Below, piece by piece: positions 19,680-30,022 of a DNA stretch of 64,000 nucleotides. Position 1 is the first letter of the stretch; every line of letters begins with the position of its first letter. This stretch comes from Candidatus Versatilivorator sp. (lineage in GTDB: Bacteria > Acidobacteriota > Terriglobia > Versatilivoradales > Versatilivoraceae): the NCBI GenBank assembly GCA_965207735.1, contig OZ242296.1:1504001-1568000 (forward strand). Reading direction: 5' to 3'. The position numbers and the translations under genes were made by a program. Under the pieces are notes generated by a model. That model worked only from the letters and a program-made list of their open reading frames with translations. It ran no database searches and was not told the origin of the DNA.

Positions 19680-20657
19680 ATGGGAATTGCTGTGGTCCGA
19701 CGGGTAGCCATAGAAAACGTGTCACGCAGGCCAATTGATACCGCGCAATGGAACGGACCATGTCTGTTCGTTCATTTTGACTTTGAGTTCTTTCCCATGC
19801 GAGTTCATTCCGGTCACGGTTCGATCAGATGGGAAGGTCGCGAATGGCAGGGAATTGGCGATGTCTTGAGGCGGGATGCTTCCAGCAGCTGGAGTAGTTT
19901 GTCTTCGTACTCCAGCAAATGCGGACAAGTATCTGCCTCACTCCCAATGAGCAAAGAGATTGGGGAGGTACTCGCTGAAGAGTATTACAGAGACCGGACG
20001 ATGGAATGGATGATTTGCGCAGTTGACGCGAATGGAGACGTGGAAAGACGCGTGTATGTCAATCGAGGCAAGATCATTGCATGCAGAAGCATGGAAGACA
20101 GCGTAACGTTTACGGCCCAAAGCGAGTTCCTGGAATCGCCCCGCGAACGGGATGCCAGACACAAGCGCAGAGTCGGTTCCATTCGACAGCGATTCAAATG
20201 GCGTTTGACAGGTGTGATCAAATCCAGCGGCATTGGCTGGATGGTGAGTCTGGCCCAGACCTTTGCTGGCGGGATGGGGATCGCGTTCGACGTGCTGGCA
20301 GCGGTCGTATCGGGTCGCAGCCGAAGAATTGCGAAACAAAGGTGGTCTGCTCGAAGACGGACGTACTCGTTCAAGACGGAGCCGCGAATTCCGGGAATCA
20401 GGATGCGGAGGAATGGCTACAGGGTACGCGCAGATACGCTCGAAGAAGCGAAGTCGAGGTTGCATGATCTGGTTGCAAAAAAGATATGGGACATATCGCC
20501 AAGGTGTATCAACATGGTCATTTACTGGCAAAACCGTCCTCTTGAGTTCCTGAATCTTGATACGATTCGCCAGAACGACGATCCACGACGATATGAGGCG
20601 ACAAGTCCATTACGAATGTGGCCGCCATCGCCAAACGAGACGAACGAGACGAAGTGA
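19680..20657 (+). CDS. Hypothetical protein; N-terminus resembles phage tail-hub proteins
   Basis: FDF...RVHSGHGSIRWEGREWQGIG pattern; the rest is unassigned. Confidence 0.5.
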   Translation: MGIAVVRRVAIENVSRRPIDTAQWNGPCLFVHFDFEFFPMRVHSGHGSIRWEGREWQGIGDVLRRDASSSWSSLSSYSSKCGQVSASLPMSKEIGEVLAEEYYRDRTMEWMICAVDANGDVERRVYVNRGKIIACRSMEDSVTFTAQSEFLESPRERDARHKRRVGSIRQRFKWRLTGVIKSSGIGWMVSLAQTFAGGMGIAFDVLAAVVSGRSRRIAKQRWSARRRTYSFKTEPRIPGIRMRRNGYRVRADTLEEAKSRLHDLVAKKIWDISPRCINMVIYWQNRPLEFLNLDTIRQNDDPRRYEATSPLRMWPPSPNETNETK

Positions 20658-20689
20658 CAAGGAGACTTATCCCGCGCTGATGCATACAC

Positions 20690-20919
20690 TGTACCGCCCC
20701 CGATTTCTTGGACAGATAACACCCTCCAAACTCAAGCCGCCGGTTTTAGCGCAAGGCGTTGTCTTGCCTGAACCGGAGGCTCGAAGCCGAGACGCTCAAT
20801 CAACCAGTGCTGGTTGTAGAGCGAGCGAAACTCTTCCAGTGCCCCAACCAGTTCCGGTACCGACTGGAAGTGGCGTACCCACAGCAGTTGCTCCTTGACG
20901 GTTCTGAAGAAGCGTTCGG
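20690..20919 (-). pseudogene. IS3/IS481-like transposase 3' fragment with terminal IR
   Basis: ERFFRTVKEQLLWVRHF...YNQHWLIERLG; ends ...GGTACA. Confidence 0.75.
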
Positions 20920-21595
20920 TGACCTCCCCCCCATAAAACGGTCCACTTCGAGAGTGAGTTTTCCGGTACAACAAAGGAGGAGAACTCACCATGAAGCGGA
21001 AGTGATTCACTGAAGAACAGATCATCGGAATCCTGAAGGAAACCGAGGCAGGGGCGAAGAAGCAGGAGATCTGCCGGAGGCACGGGATCTCGGAACACAC
21101 CTTCTATCGATGGCGGTCCAAGTACGGCGGGATGGCGGTGTCAGAGGCGAGGAAGCTGAAGGGGCTCGAGGCTGAGAACCAGAAGCTGAAGCAGCTTTTG
21201 GCCGATGCCCATCTGGATAACGCGGCCCTGAAGGAACTGCTGTCAAAAAACTGGTAAGGCCCGCAGCACGCCGCCGAGCCGTGGACCACGTGATCGGGCT
21301 CGGGATGTTGAGTCAGCGGCGGGCCTGCCGACTCTCGGGAATCCACCGATCGGTGGCCCGTCATCAGTCTCAATGCGGAAGCGACAGCGAACTTCGAGAA
21401 CGCCTGAAGCAGTTGGCGGCCGAGTATCCGCGTTATGGATACGAGCTGCTGCACGGGATGTTGAAAGCTGAGGGGCTCGTGGTGAACGAGAAGAAGACGT
21501 ATCGCATCTACCGCGAAGAGAAGCTCCAGGTCAGGCGGAAACGACGCAAACGCCTATTGGCACGGGACCGGGTTCGAATGCCGATGCCAGAGGGG
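20920..21595 (+). mobile_element. Truncated IS3-family element (orfA with nonsense codon, partial orfB)
   Basis: TG start; MKRK*FTEEQIIGIL...TFYRWRSKYGG; AAAAAACTGGTAA frameshift site; RYGY HTH region of orfB. Confidence 0.85.
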
Positions 21596-21766
21596 ACGGA
21601 CCATCCCCGAGAGGTGATTGAGGCGGACTTGGCGCATGTGGTGCGCAACCGTGTCGAGGCGGCCTATGCCCGCTCCGACCTGTTCGAGCGCCGGCGCATG
21701 TTGATGGACGACTGGGCGCGTTACCTGGCCGAGGGGGCGGGGGAGGATCTGGAGCCCTTGGAGTAA
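21596..21766 (+). pseudogene. 3' fragment of the P4-type integrase
   Basis: DHPREVIEADLAHVVRNRVEAAYARSDLFERRR...EDLEPLE. Confidence 0.85.
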
Positions 21767-21906
21767 AGAGGCCCAAGGGGATCGGTGGCGAGAACCAGGT
21801 CAGGCAGGGAAACATCTCCCAAAGAGAACCAGGGATCGAGCCACACCCGAAAGCCCACGACCGTCAAGGCCAGGTTGACGAGAATGACTTGGCCCCAGGT
21901 CTTCAT
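21721..21906 (-). CDS. Small hydrophobic ORF MKTWGQVILVNLALT..., three copies
   Basis: Homologous starts at 37106 and 37833; always between an integrase 3' end and a module. Confidence 0.4.
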   Translation of the reverse strand: MKTWGQVILVNLALTVVGFRVWLDPWFSLGDVSLPDLVLATDPLGPLYSKGSRSSPAPSAR

Positions 21907-21909
21907 TTC

Positions 21910-22280
21910 GGCCTTCCCGCAGGATCAATGTGGAGGGAGCGACCGAGAAAAGGGGGGTAAAGGTGTCCGGAGGCCTGTCCGGCTTTACACTTTCTCGTGC
22001 CGCTCCCTCCATCTGCACCCCTCTCCTGCGACGCGCCGTTACGCCGGGCGGGGAGGGGGACACGCGAGGCGCAGGATCACTTCGCTTTTTTTAACAGCAG
22101 ACGCGGAAAATCCGTGTTGTACCGCGTCTGATGCGGCGTTTCGGGGAAGCCTCCGACCACAACGGCGAGGACTCCGCCCTCTGAGAGAAGCGCGTCGGGG
22201 TTGTCGAAATCAGGTCCACCCCCCCGTCTGAAAGGTGGACACCCCTATGACGGCACGTGCTTGACCCCCGGAGGCGGAAA
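21910..22280 (+). repeat. Conserved structured module, copy C
   Basis: TGGAGGGAGCG/CGCTCCCTCCA stem; GTCCACC/GGTGGAC hairpin at 22214-22240. Confidence 0.75.
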
Positions 22281-22289
22281 CTGATGGAC

Positions 22290-22442
22290 GCCCTGGCGAA
22301 GGGGTTCTAGCGCCTCGTGCAGGACGGCTGCAAGGTCGGGACTTTCGCTGATGCGCAGGTTCGCGGCGCTCAGCCGGGAGATGGACGCCCATAGCCCCTC
22401 GATCTCCCGCTCCGGTTCTTCGTGGGTGTTCAAGGCTCTCAT
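22290..22442 (-). pseudogene. N-terminal fragment of a GAF-type sensor protein
   Basis: EREIEGL..ISRLSAANLRISESPDLAAVLHE resembles the helix preceding GAF domains. Confidence 0.4.
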
Positions 22443-23032
22443 CTCCTCTCCCGCTTCAGAACGCTGCCGACACCGCCGGCGCGGATACCAGGGAACGCCG
22501 GACGCGGGATTGCACGGAACTACCGCAGTCCGGACGGACGCTTTCGCACCGTTCCACAGAGCAACCACTAAATTCTCACCGGAAACAGCAAAACCATCAC
22601 ACCTTTCTCATAAACTCTTCTGCATAATGTAATCGTTCGCTCCTCGGGAACAGATCACGGATGCGGCCGGACAAGTGGCCTTGCGAGAAGGCTTGGGCTA
22701 GGTGGCTGAGCCTGGACGACGCGGCTGCCCTGGTTCCCGGCGTTCGGCTCGGAGGTCACGCAGAGGCGCGGAAATACGCCGGCCTCCGCCGAGGCCTGGG
22801 CAAGAGGCCGCCGGAACTGATTTCCGAAACCAATACTGGTTGATCGAGCGTTTGGCTTCGAGCCCCGGTTCAGGCGCGGCAACGCCCTAACCTGCAACCG
22901 GCCGCTTGAGTATGAAAAAATTTGTCTTTCCAAGAAATAAGGGACGCAAGAGAAGTCTGAAGGAACTCGTTCCGTTCCTCGCCAAATACCCCGAGTGTTG
23001 TCAAGTACCGTTTGAATTCAGGAGGTTGGGAC

Positions 23033-23782
23033 ATGTATGGGAAAGCACTGCTATTGGTAGTGACTGCCGCGTTACTGCAATCGCCAGCAGCAAATGCACA
23101 GAGTGACGATAGGTCGAAGTGGTCAATCAAGGACGTGCGCAAAGTCATCAAGGGGGCGTTTAGGTACGCGCCGAGTGGAGTTGTTTCTATCACGGAAGGT
23201 ACTCATCCCCGGCTGCACGCCATCTGGTTAACGGATGATGTGTGCTGGGCGATATCACGTATCGTGCAGCACGAGGAACGCAGAACCGATACAGAAACGA
23301 AAGAGATCTACGATGATTGCAGAGTAGATGCTGCAGAAAGTTATTCCATTTATGTGTCTGCGTATGAGGACGTTTATAGCAAAGTTCCCACGACGCGCGC
23401 TGAGCGGCAGAGACAACGAGACAATGGTACTTCAGAACAGCTTATTAGGCATTCGAAGATCGAACAAACATCATCTCATCCTGTCGCAGTAAACCAGAGG
23501 CTCGACCAAATATTCCTGCAACGCCGCGACAACCGTGATGTCTTCGTCAGGCCGACCAAAATCGACACGCCACAAGAGTACTTCTCGTATCTCCATGGCT
23601 ACTCCGCAGGTAAAAATTTCGATATCGAGAGAGACGTTATCATCACTTTTCCGCGCAGCCTTAAACTTGTGCAAGGCGCGAAGGATATTGATATTCAAAT
23701 GCGTCAGGGGAAAGGTCAACTCCGCTTGAAGTTCAAGCTAAAGAATCTACGAGCTAATAAAGGGAAGCTAGCAAATCTGTGA
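23033..23782 (+). CDS. Secreted hypothetical protein
   Basis: SD AGGAGG; signal peptide ending ANA-Q. Confidence 0.65.
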   Translation: MYGKALLLVVTAALLQSPAANAQSDDRSKWSIKDVRKVIKGAFRYAPSGVVSITEGTHPRLHAIWLTDDVCWAISRIVQHEERRTDTETKEIYDDCRVDAAESYSIYVSAYEDVYSKVPTTRAERQRQRDNGTSEQLIRHSKIEQTSSHPVAVNQRLDQIFLQRRDNRDVFVRPTKIDTPQEYFSYLHGYSAGKNFDIERDVIITFPRSLKLVQGAKDIDIQMRQGKGQLRLKFKLKNLRANKGKLANL

Positions 23783-23928
23783 CAAGCGTCGTAGTGGTAC
23801 GTCATCCGGCCGCGGAAGTGGTTACCGGAGTGGATCCCGCGAACGGCCGATATCGAGTTCCGTACGTCACCCGCCCGATGTCGACCAGCCAGCCAATGCT
23901 GATCGAAGCAACTGCTTTGGAGGGAAGT

Positions 23929-26253
23929 ATGAGAGTAGTGTCTTTACGAAACAGAGTTCTTCCTTCTCCCACCCTGGCGGTTTGGAACCTCGCCGCAGCC
24001 CTTCTGCTGGCGGCGGGCAGTCTACCCCTGCAGGCGCAGGGATCTATTGCCTATTACTTCCCTCATCTTGCCGTGGGAGAGAATTGGCAGACCACGATAA
24101 CCTATATCAACTACTCCTCGCAGAAAGTAACCTGCCAAACCGATTTCATTTCGGATCATGGAAGTCCGTTGCTGGTCTCGTTTCCGGGACGGGGAATGGT
24201 GAGCAGCCGGACTGACGTTCTGCCGCCTGGCGGGGCGGTTCACCAGGAGACCAACGTCGAGCTGAGCGCTCCTCTTACGCCTGGCTGGGCGAAGGCCGTC
24301 TGCTCCGCGCCAGTGAAGGCCAGCCTCCTGTTTCGTCAGTTCAAGGGAGGGGTACCCGTGGCGGAAGCCGGAATCAATGCGGCGGCAACTCCGACAACCC
24401 GGTTCGTCACCTTGGCCGAGCAGCAAGAAGGCAAGGACGGGACCGGAGTGGCCTATGCCAACCCCTCAGACACAGCGGCCCTTGTCACCTTTATCGCCAG
24501 GGACGCGGCGGGGCAGACGCTGGCTAGCGTCGACAAGACCCTATTGCCCGGAGAGCATGGTGCGCAAAACATGACGAACCTGTTCGATCTCGGCAGCTTT
24601 ACCGGCTCGCTCGAAGTCACCTCTAAGGTACCCATCGTCAGTCTGTCGCTCAACTTCGAAGCCGCTCCCGTATTCTCCTCTCTGCCTCCGGGAGCACCAG
24701 ATGCTTCCGGGCAGGGATTGACTACGTATTACTTCCCTCATCTTGCCGTGGGAGCGAGTTGGCAAACCACGATCACCTACATCAACTTCTCCTCGAAGGA
24801 AGTGACCTGCCGAACCGATTTCATTTCGGATCATGGAAGTCCGTTGCTGGTCTCGTTTCCGGGAGGGGGAATGGTGAGCAGCCGGACCGACATTCTGCCG
24901 CCCGGTGGGTCCGTTCACCAGGAGACCAACATCGACCTAAGCGCTCCTCTTGCGGCCGGCTGGGCGCAAGCCACATGCTCCGCGCCGGTGAAGGCCAGCC
25001 TGCTGTTTCGCCAGCGCAACAGCTCAGGGGTGCCTGTGGCGGAAGCCGGAATCAATGCAGCTCCGGTCCCAGCCACCCGCTTCGTCACCTTTGCCGAGCA
25101 GCAAGAAGGCAAGCGCGGGACCGGAGTTGCCTATGGCAACCCTTCCACCACAGCAGCCCAGGTCACCCTTACGGCCAGGGACGCAGGGGGGCAGACGCTG
25201 GCCAGCGTCGATAAGAACCTGTTGCCCGGAGAGCATGGGGCGCAGAATATGGCGAATCTGTTCGGTCTCGGCAGCTTTACCGGCTCGCTCGAAGTCACCT
25301 CTAAGGTCCCAATCGTCAGCCTGTCGCTCAATTTCGAAGCCGCTCCCGTATTCTCCTCTCTGCCTCCAGGTGAGGTGCCGGTGGTGCCGCTCCAGGATGC
25401 GGGCAAGATGTACTGGACCGCCCCTGCGACGACCAAGCACCGGCCCAAGATCCAGCGGGCGAACCTCGACGGCACCCAGGTCGAAGACCTCGTCACTCTG
25501 ATAACGGGAATCGACGTTCCTCTCGGCTTGGCGCTGGATCTGGGTGCGGGCAAGATGTACTGGACCAATTACGACAAGATCCAGCGGGCGAACCTCGACG
25601 GAAGCGAAGTGGAAGATCTCATCACCACGGGATTGGAACATCCCTTTGACATAGCGCTGGACCCGGGCGGGGGCAAGATGTACTGGACGGACCGGGGGTC
25701 TATAAGTGGTGGGCGCAAGATCCAGCGGGCCAACCTCGACGGCACCCAGGTTGAGGACCTCGTCACCTGGACTGGATTCAACCCGATAGTTCACTCACCA
25801 ACCGGACTGGCGCTGGACCTGGACCGCGGCAAGATGTACTGGCTGGACGATGGGTTTGGGGGGGGGCGGCATAATATCCAGCGGGCTAATCTCGACGGCA
25901 CCCAGGTGGAAGACCTCACCAGGGGAGAGGGATTGATCACTCCAACTTTTTTGGCGCTGGACCCGGGCGGGGGCAAGATGTACTGGACGGACCGGGGGAC
26001 GACCAAGTTCCGGGCCAAGATTCAGCGGGCCAATCTGGATGGCACCCAGGTGGAAGACCTCCTCACCCTGCAACTGGGATTATCCACGGGGCCAGTAGGT
26101 CTGGCGCTGGACCTTGATGCGGGCAAGATGTACTGGACGCACCGGGATCCGGACAAGATCCAGCGGGCGAACCTGGACGGAAGCGAAGTGGAAGACCTCA
26201 TCACCACGGGATTGGGACATCCCGTTGACTTAGCGCTGGACCTGGGCAACTGA
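23929..26253 (+). CDS. Secreted protein: two tandem ~215-aa repeats plus a six-bladed YWTD (LDL-receptor class B) propeller
   Basis: YYFPHLAVG..WQTT repeat twice (DNA-level duplication); six GKMYW(T/L)..KIQRANLDG units. Confidence 0.85.
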   Translation: MRVVSLRNRVLPSPTLAVWNLAAALLLAAGSLPLQAQGSIAYYFPHLAVGENWQTTITYINYSSQKVTCQTDFISDHGSPLLVSFPGRGMVSSRTDVLPPGGAVHQETNVELSAPLTPGWAKAVCSAPVKASLLFRQFKGGVPVAEAGINAAATPTTRFVTLAEQQEGKDGTGVAYANPSDTAALVTFIARDAAGQTLASVDKTLLPGEHGAQNMTNLFDLGSFTGSLEVTSKVPIVSLSLNFEAAPVFSSLPPGAPDASGQGLTTYYFPHLAVGASWQTTITYINFSSKEVTCRTDFISDHGSPLLVSFPGGGMVSSRTDILPPGGSVHQETNIDLSAPLAAGWAQATCSAPVKASLLFRQRNSSGVPVAEAGINAAPVPATRFVTFAEQQEGKRGTGVAYGNPSTTAAQVTLTARDAGGQTLASVDKNLLPGEHGAQNMANLFGLGSFTGSLEVTSKVPIVSLSLNFEAAPVFSSLPPGEVPVVPLQDAGKMYWTAPATTKHRPKIQRANLDGTQVEDLVTLITGIDVPLGLALDLGAGKMYWTNYDKIQRANLDGSEVEDLITTGLEHPFDIALDPGGGKMYWTDRGSISGGRKIQRANLDGTQVEDLVTWTGFNPIVHSPTGLALDLDRGKMYWLDDGFGGGRHNIQRANLDGTQVEDLTRGEGLITPTFLALDPGGGKMYWTDRGTTKFRAKIQRANLDGTQVEDLLTLQLGLSTGPVGLALDLDAGKMYWTHRDPDKIQRANLDGSEVEDLITTGLGHPVDLALDLGN

Positions 26254-26514
26254 AGCCCGGAGGACCAGGATCTGGCCCGCATTTCTCACCGGGAGGCGCG
26301 ATCATGGCGCAGGGATTGTTTCCTCAGCACGTGCTCGCGAGCAAAGAGCGTAGCGGTCACTACGGTGGAGCGAGCATGTGTGCGCTGAGGGGGAAAGCAC
26401 ACGCCGGGGCGCTCCAAGCACCTCCCGCTTCCGGTTGACTTTCATCTCCGTTCGCCTGGGGGGTGCCGTCCATGATGGCCACACACCCCAACTTTTCGCT
26501 GAAGGCCCGGATCT

Positions 26515-26655
26515 CGGGCGCATCGTAGGCTCTTGTTCTTCAACTCGTTGAGGCTGTCGACCCGACTTGCCGTCAGCCTCACGAACGGGATGGCCGCCTG
26601 AGAGTCATGCACCGAAGCCGAGGTCAGCGGGCAACTGATGGGGATACCGCCGACG
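26515..26655 (-). pseudogene. Fragment of the IS5-like transposase seen at 50542
   Basis: GGIPISCPLTSASVHDSQAAIP matches GGIPVSCLLTSASVHDSQAAIP. Confidence 0.8.
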
Positions 26656-26997
26656 GGTGACTTCAATGGACGCCTCCCGGCGGTGGCGGACGTTGGCAAG
26701 GCCCCGCTCTCGGCAGATCTGCTTCCCTGAAATCCGGCAAATTTGGCGGCCGTCGGTGATTGTCTCCGACGCTATTGGTTTGTGCGAAATGCGCGTCTGG
26801 ACAAAGCGGTTGGCGGTGGACCAGTCAGGCCTCGAGGCTCTGCCGGCGTCGATCGGTGGATTCAGGATATCGCATTTTGCGCGGCATGGGTTCCGGGCAA
26901 TGATCTGCTCGCCGAATGGAAACTGAGGACACCGGCGGACGCTGACCTGACCGCCGATCCGGCCGCGCGGGCGACCGTGCGTAGCGACCATCAAGGC

Positions 26998-27870
26998 TCA
27001 CCACGATAAGTTCTGACGCCGACGCAAGTCGGTGATGAGGTCGGAGTCTTCGATGGACACGCGCATATGTTCGTGCCCCGGCTGTCTACGGTGACAGTCG
27101 GCGCACATCGCCTTCAGGTTCGACGAAGCGTTGTTCGTCTTGACGCCGTTGATGTGGTGCACGTGCAGCAGCCCTGCGTGTTCCCTCAGGTTGACGCGGC
27201 AGCTTTCGCAGATGAAGCCATGAGCCTCCTTGTATCGCTTGGAAACGACGTCCCAGTTCGGCGCATACGCCCCATCGAACACGCCCGTCCGCCGCATTGG
27301 CATCTGGTCGAAGTGCGGGCGGTAGATGTCGAAGAACTCGCTCCACTCGAACCCCTGGAATACCTGTTTCCGATTCCTCGTGTAGTTCCGGTAGTCCAGC
27401 ATCCGCAGACAGTTCTTGCACACCCTCAACCTGGTTTTGCCCTCGACTCGCCCTCCGTACTCGTCCTGTCCGGTCACGTAAAAGTCGCCGCTGACGTCGT
27501 TCGTCGCGACGTAGCGCTCGTAGCGCCCGCGACGTCGCATTTCCTGCAACGTATCGCAGCTGGCGACATGCACCTTTCTGCCCTTTGTCCCGTCCTCAAG
27601 CACATCGTGGATGTTCTTCCACTGATCTTGGATGTACAGGACGACCTGTCGTCCTCGGTAGCTCAGAAGGCCAGACTCTGGATGACTCTCGATACCGGAC
27701 AAGTCTTCGAACTCGATGCCATCTCTCAGTTCGATGTCGATCGGATCGAGTGGGTCGATTCCACGGCGGACGTCGATATCTAGATCCACGGGCACCGCCG
27801 CGGCGCCCATGCGGCGCACGGCCTCCTCCAGGTGCGACAAATCAACGTTTAGACGCATGGCGCGAATCAC
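26998..27870 (-). CDS. zorE: Zorya type II HNH nuclease effector
   Basis: CESC...LHVHHING..TNN...NL..MCADCH; coupled downstream of zorB. Confidence 0.75.
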   Translation of the reverse strand: MIRAMRLNVDLSHLEEAVRRMGAAAVPVDLDIDVRRGIDPLDPIDIELRDGIEFEDLSGIESHPESGLLSYRGRQVVLYIQDQWKNIHDVLEDGTKGRKVHVASCDTLQEMRRRGRYERYVATNDVSGDFYVTGQDEYGGRVEGKTRLRVCKNCLRMLDYRNYTRNRKQVFQGFEWSEFFDIYRPHFDQMPMRRTGVFDGAYAPNWDVVSKRYKEAHGFICESCRVNLREHAGLLHVHHINGVKTNNASSNLKAMCADCHRRQPGHEHMRVSIEDSDLITDLRRRQNLSW

Positions 27871-28577
27871 CGCTCCAGAATCGTGCGAATCTGCGTTTCC
27901 GCGTTCGTCACGACGCGGAACAACACACGCCGGGACGCCTTTGGCTCTTCGCGGCCGGAGTAGTCCACAACAAGACGTGACGACGAGAAGCCGACCGCAG
28001 CGACCTTGCGCCTGACCCAGCTCCGATCACCGGGGGCCGTGGTAAGCGTGTAGATGTGCTCCAGAACCGATCGCGTGCGTCCTTGGGACAACCGCATGTT
28101 GTTGAAATACGCCTCGTCCTCGGTGGCCAACAACCAGTCGCTGGAGGTATGCCCTTCCACGCGCACCTCGTCGATGACCTCCTCGAACTCTCGTAGCACC
28201 CGCAGATACCTGGGGAAGAAATCGTCGAGGATAGCGGCGAACCGCGGCCGCAGGTTAATGGCGCCGGCTTCGAACAACACTTCTGGCGATCGGAACTCGA
28301 ATGTCAGGTTTTCTGCGTCTATCGCAGCGTCCCATTTCACCAGGTCGTTCTCGAACTCGCCGCGCAACGCCTCGTCGATGGCAACCTGCCCTTCCCGATA
28401 CGCCACCGCTACTTCGCGGATGCGATCCCGATCGAGGAACGCACTGCGCATCAGCGCGACGGAGATGAAGAGAAAAACCATCATCAGCCCCGCCATCAGG
28501 TCCGAGATGGTCAACCAGTGCTCGCCGTCGCCGCCGGACCGGCGCAATCCGAACAGATGGTCCGCCCCCGCTCTCAT
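27867..28577 (-). CDS. zorB: Zorya MotB/OmpA-like protein
   Basis: WLTISDLMAGLMMVFLFI TM with conserved Asp; VEGHTSSDW, NMRLSQGR, SRRV. Confidence 0.85.
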   Translation of the reverse strand: MRAGADHLFGLRRSGGDGEHWLTISDLMAGLMMVFLFISVALMRSAFLDRDRIREVAVAYREGQVAIDEALRGEFENDLVKWDAAIDAENLTFEFRSPEVLFEAGAINLRPRFAAILDDFFPRYLRVLREFEEVIDEVRVEGHTSSDWLLATEDEAYFNNMRLSQGRTRSVLEHIYTLTTAPGDRSWVRRKVAAVGFSSSRLVVDYSGREEPKASRRVLFRVVTNAETQIRTILER

Positions 28578-30022
28578 TGCCTGGTTCCCGTCCTGACAAT
28601 CTGCTTCATCTCCTGCACGAGCCTCCCATAGTCGTCGACGAACCTGCCAGCGATCTGGCCCAGCGCAACGCCCATCTGTTGCATCACGCGACTCATCTCC
28701 CTGGACAGCGCCTCGTCGAGTGCTTCGATTTGCTTGTTCAGGCCTTCACCGGTTCGCGAAACGGCCTGCCGCGTCTGATCGAGCGTCATCTGGATCAGGG
28801 TATCGGTCGCCTGACTCTGCGCGCTCGCCGCCTCCTTCAGTGCGGTTTCCATCCGACTCTGCATTTGCGTGATGGCGTTGGCCACGCGATCCTGTACCGC
28901 CTGGACATCGCCCTGCATCTTCTCCCCCGCCTGCGCCAGATGCTCCAGCATGTCCCGAGACTTCGCAAGCTGCGCTCTGGAGTCGTTCTGCAGCTGGGTG
29001 ACGTGCTCGCTGGCCAAGCGGACGGCTGCGGCGATGTCCTGCGTCATCGCATGCACATGCGCCTGGGCCTGCGGAATGGCTTCGACGGCGCGGTCACGCA
29101 GTTCCGCGAAGGCGGCGAGATGACGCTCGAGTTCCTCGATCCCGCGGCTGGCCGTGTTCACGACGTCGGTGAGCTTCTCCATCGAGTCTGGGATGCTCGC
29201 GCTACGCTCGGCGATCCGTGCCACGGATGCCTCAATCGTCGTGATCTGCCGCACCGACTGGTCGTACAACACGTGGAGCTGCTCAAGCTGCTCCCGATAC
29301 GCCTCCTGCCATTCCACGAGCTTCTGCACCGACTCGTCGAGCTTCCTGAAATTGTCGCCGAACTGCTCCGTCAAGTTACGGTTGAAGTCGACGATGACCG
29401 CTCTCAGCGCCTCGATCACCTGCTCCGTTGCGGACTTCGACAGCATCTCCGCGAACGTATGCAGACGTTCCCACAGCTTGGCCTCGAATCGCTCACGGAC
29501 TGCGGCGTCCTCCCGCCGCCGATCCCACAGATCCGCCCTCAACAGTTTCAGTTGCCCTGCCAGACTCGACTCCTCCCCGCCCGCGATGGCGTCCCGGGTC
29601 GCCTTGAGAAGGTCCTTCTGTTCGTTCAGTACGGCGACGACATCTTCCGGGCCGACTTCTGCCGCAACGGTCCCGGCGCCCTTTACCGTCAGAAAGGGCT
29701 CCATGCCTCTGAAGACGAGGCTCGCCGATATCCCGGCGATACTGCTGACAAACGCGGTTTTCAAACCCTGTAACAACCCTTCGATACTCTCGTCTAACCG
29801 TGCCGGATCGAAGTCTAGCAATCCGACCACGATCCCGACAAAGGTGCCCAGAATGCCCAGTGACGCAAGCAACGCCGGCGCGTGCGCTGTCAGCGTCGGA
29901 TACTTCCCTTTCCAAAGCGAGTATCCGGAGAAGACGAGCAGTACCAACACCAGCCATATGAAGATCTCTGTGACGACGCTCGGCGCAAGCCCGCGCAGGA
30001 ACGATTCAAGCACCGTACTCAT
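28574..30022 (-). CDS. zorA: Zorya MotA-like protein with long helical tail
   Basis: LGILGTFVGIVVGL, GLKTAFVSS, FNRNLTEQFGDNF..L..SV..LVEWQE.Y. Confidence 0.85.
   Translation of the reverse strand: MSTVLESFLRGLAPSVVTEIFIWLVLVLLVFSGYSLWKGKYPTLTAHAPALLASLGILGTFVGIVVGLLDFDPARLDESIEGLLQGLKTAFVSSIAGISASLVFRGMEPFLTVKGAGTVAAEVGPEDVVAVLNEQKDLLKATRDAIAGGEESSLAGQLKLLRADLWDRRREDAAVRERFEAKLWERLHTFAEMLSKSATEQVIEALRAVIVDFNRNLTEQFGDNFRKLDESVQKLVEWQEAYREQLEQLHVLYDQSVRQITTIEASVARIAERSASIPDSMEKLTDVVNTASRGIEELERHLAAFAELRDRAVEAIPQAQAHVHAMTQDIAAAVRLASEHVTQLQNDSRAQLAKSRDMLEHLAQAGEKMQGDVQAVQDRVANAITQMQSRMETALKEAASAQSQATDTLIQMTLDQTRQAVSRTGEGLNKQIEALDEALSREMSRVMQQMGVALGQIAGRFVDDYGRLVQEMKQIVRTGTRQ

Noticed and set aside
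25395-26250. Regularly spaced DNA repeats resembling a CRISPR array
   Set aside because: They are in-frame YWTD coding repeats, and no cas genes are visible.
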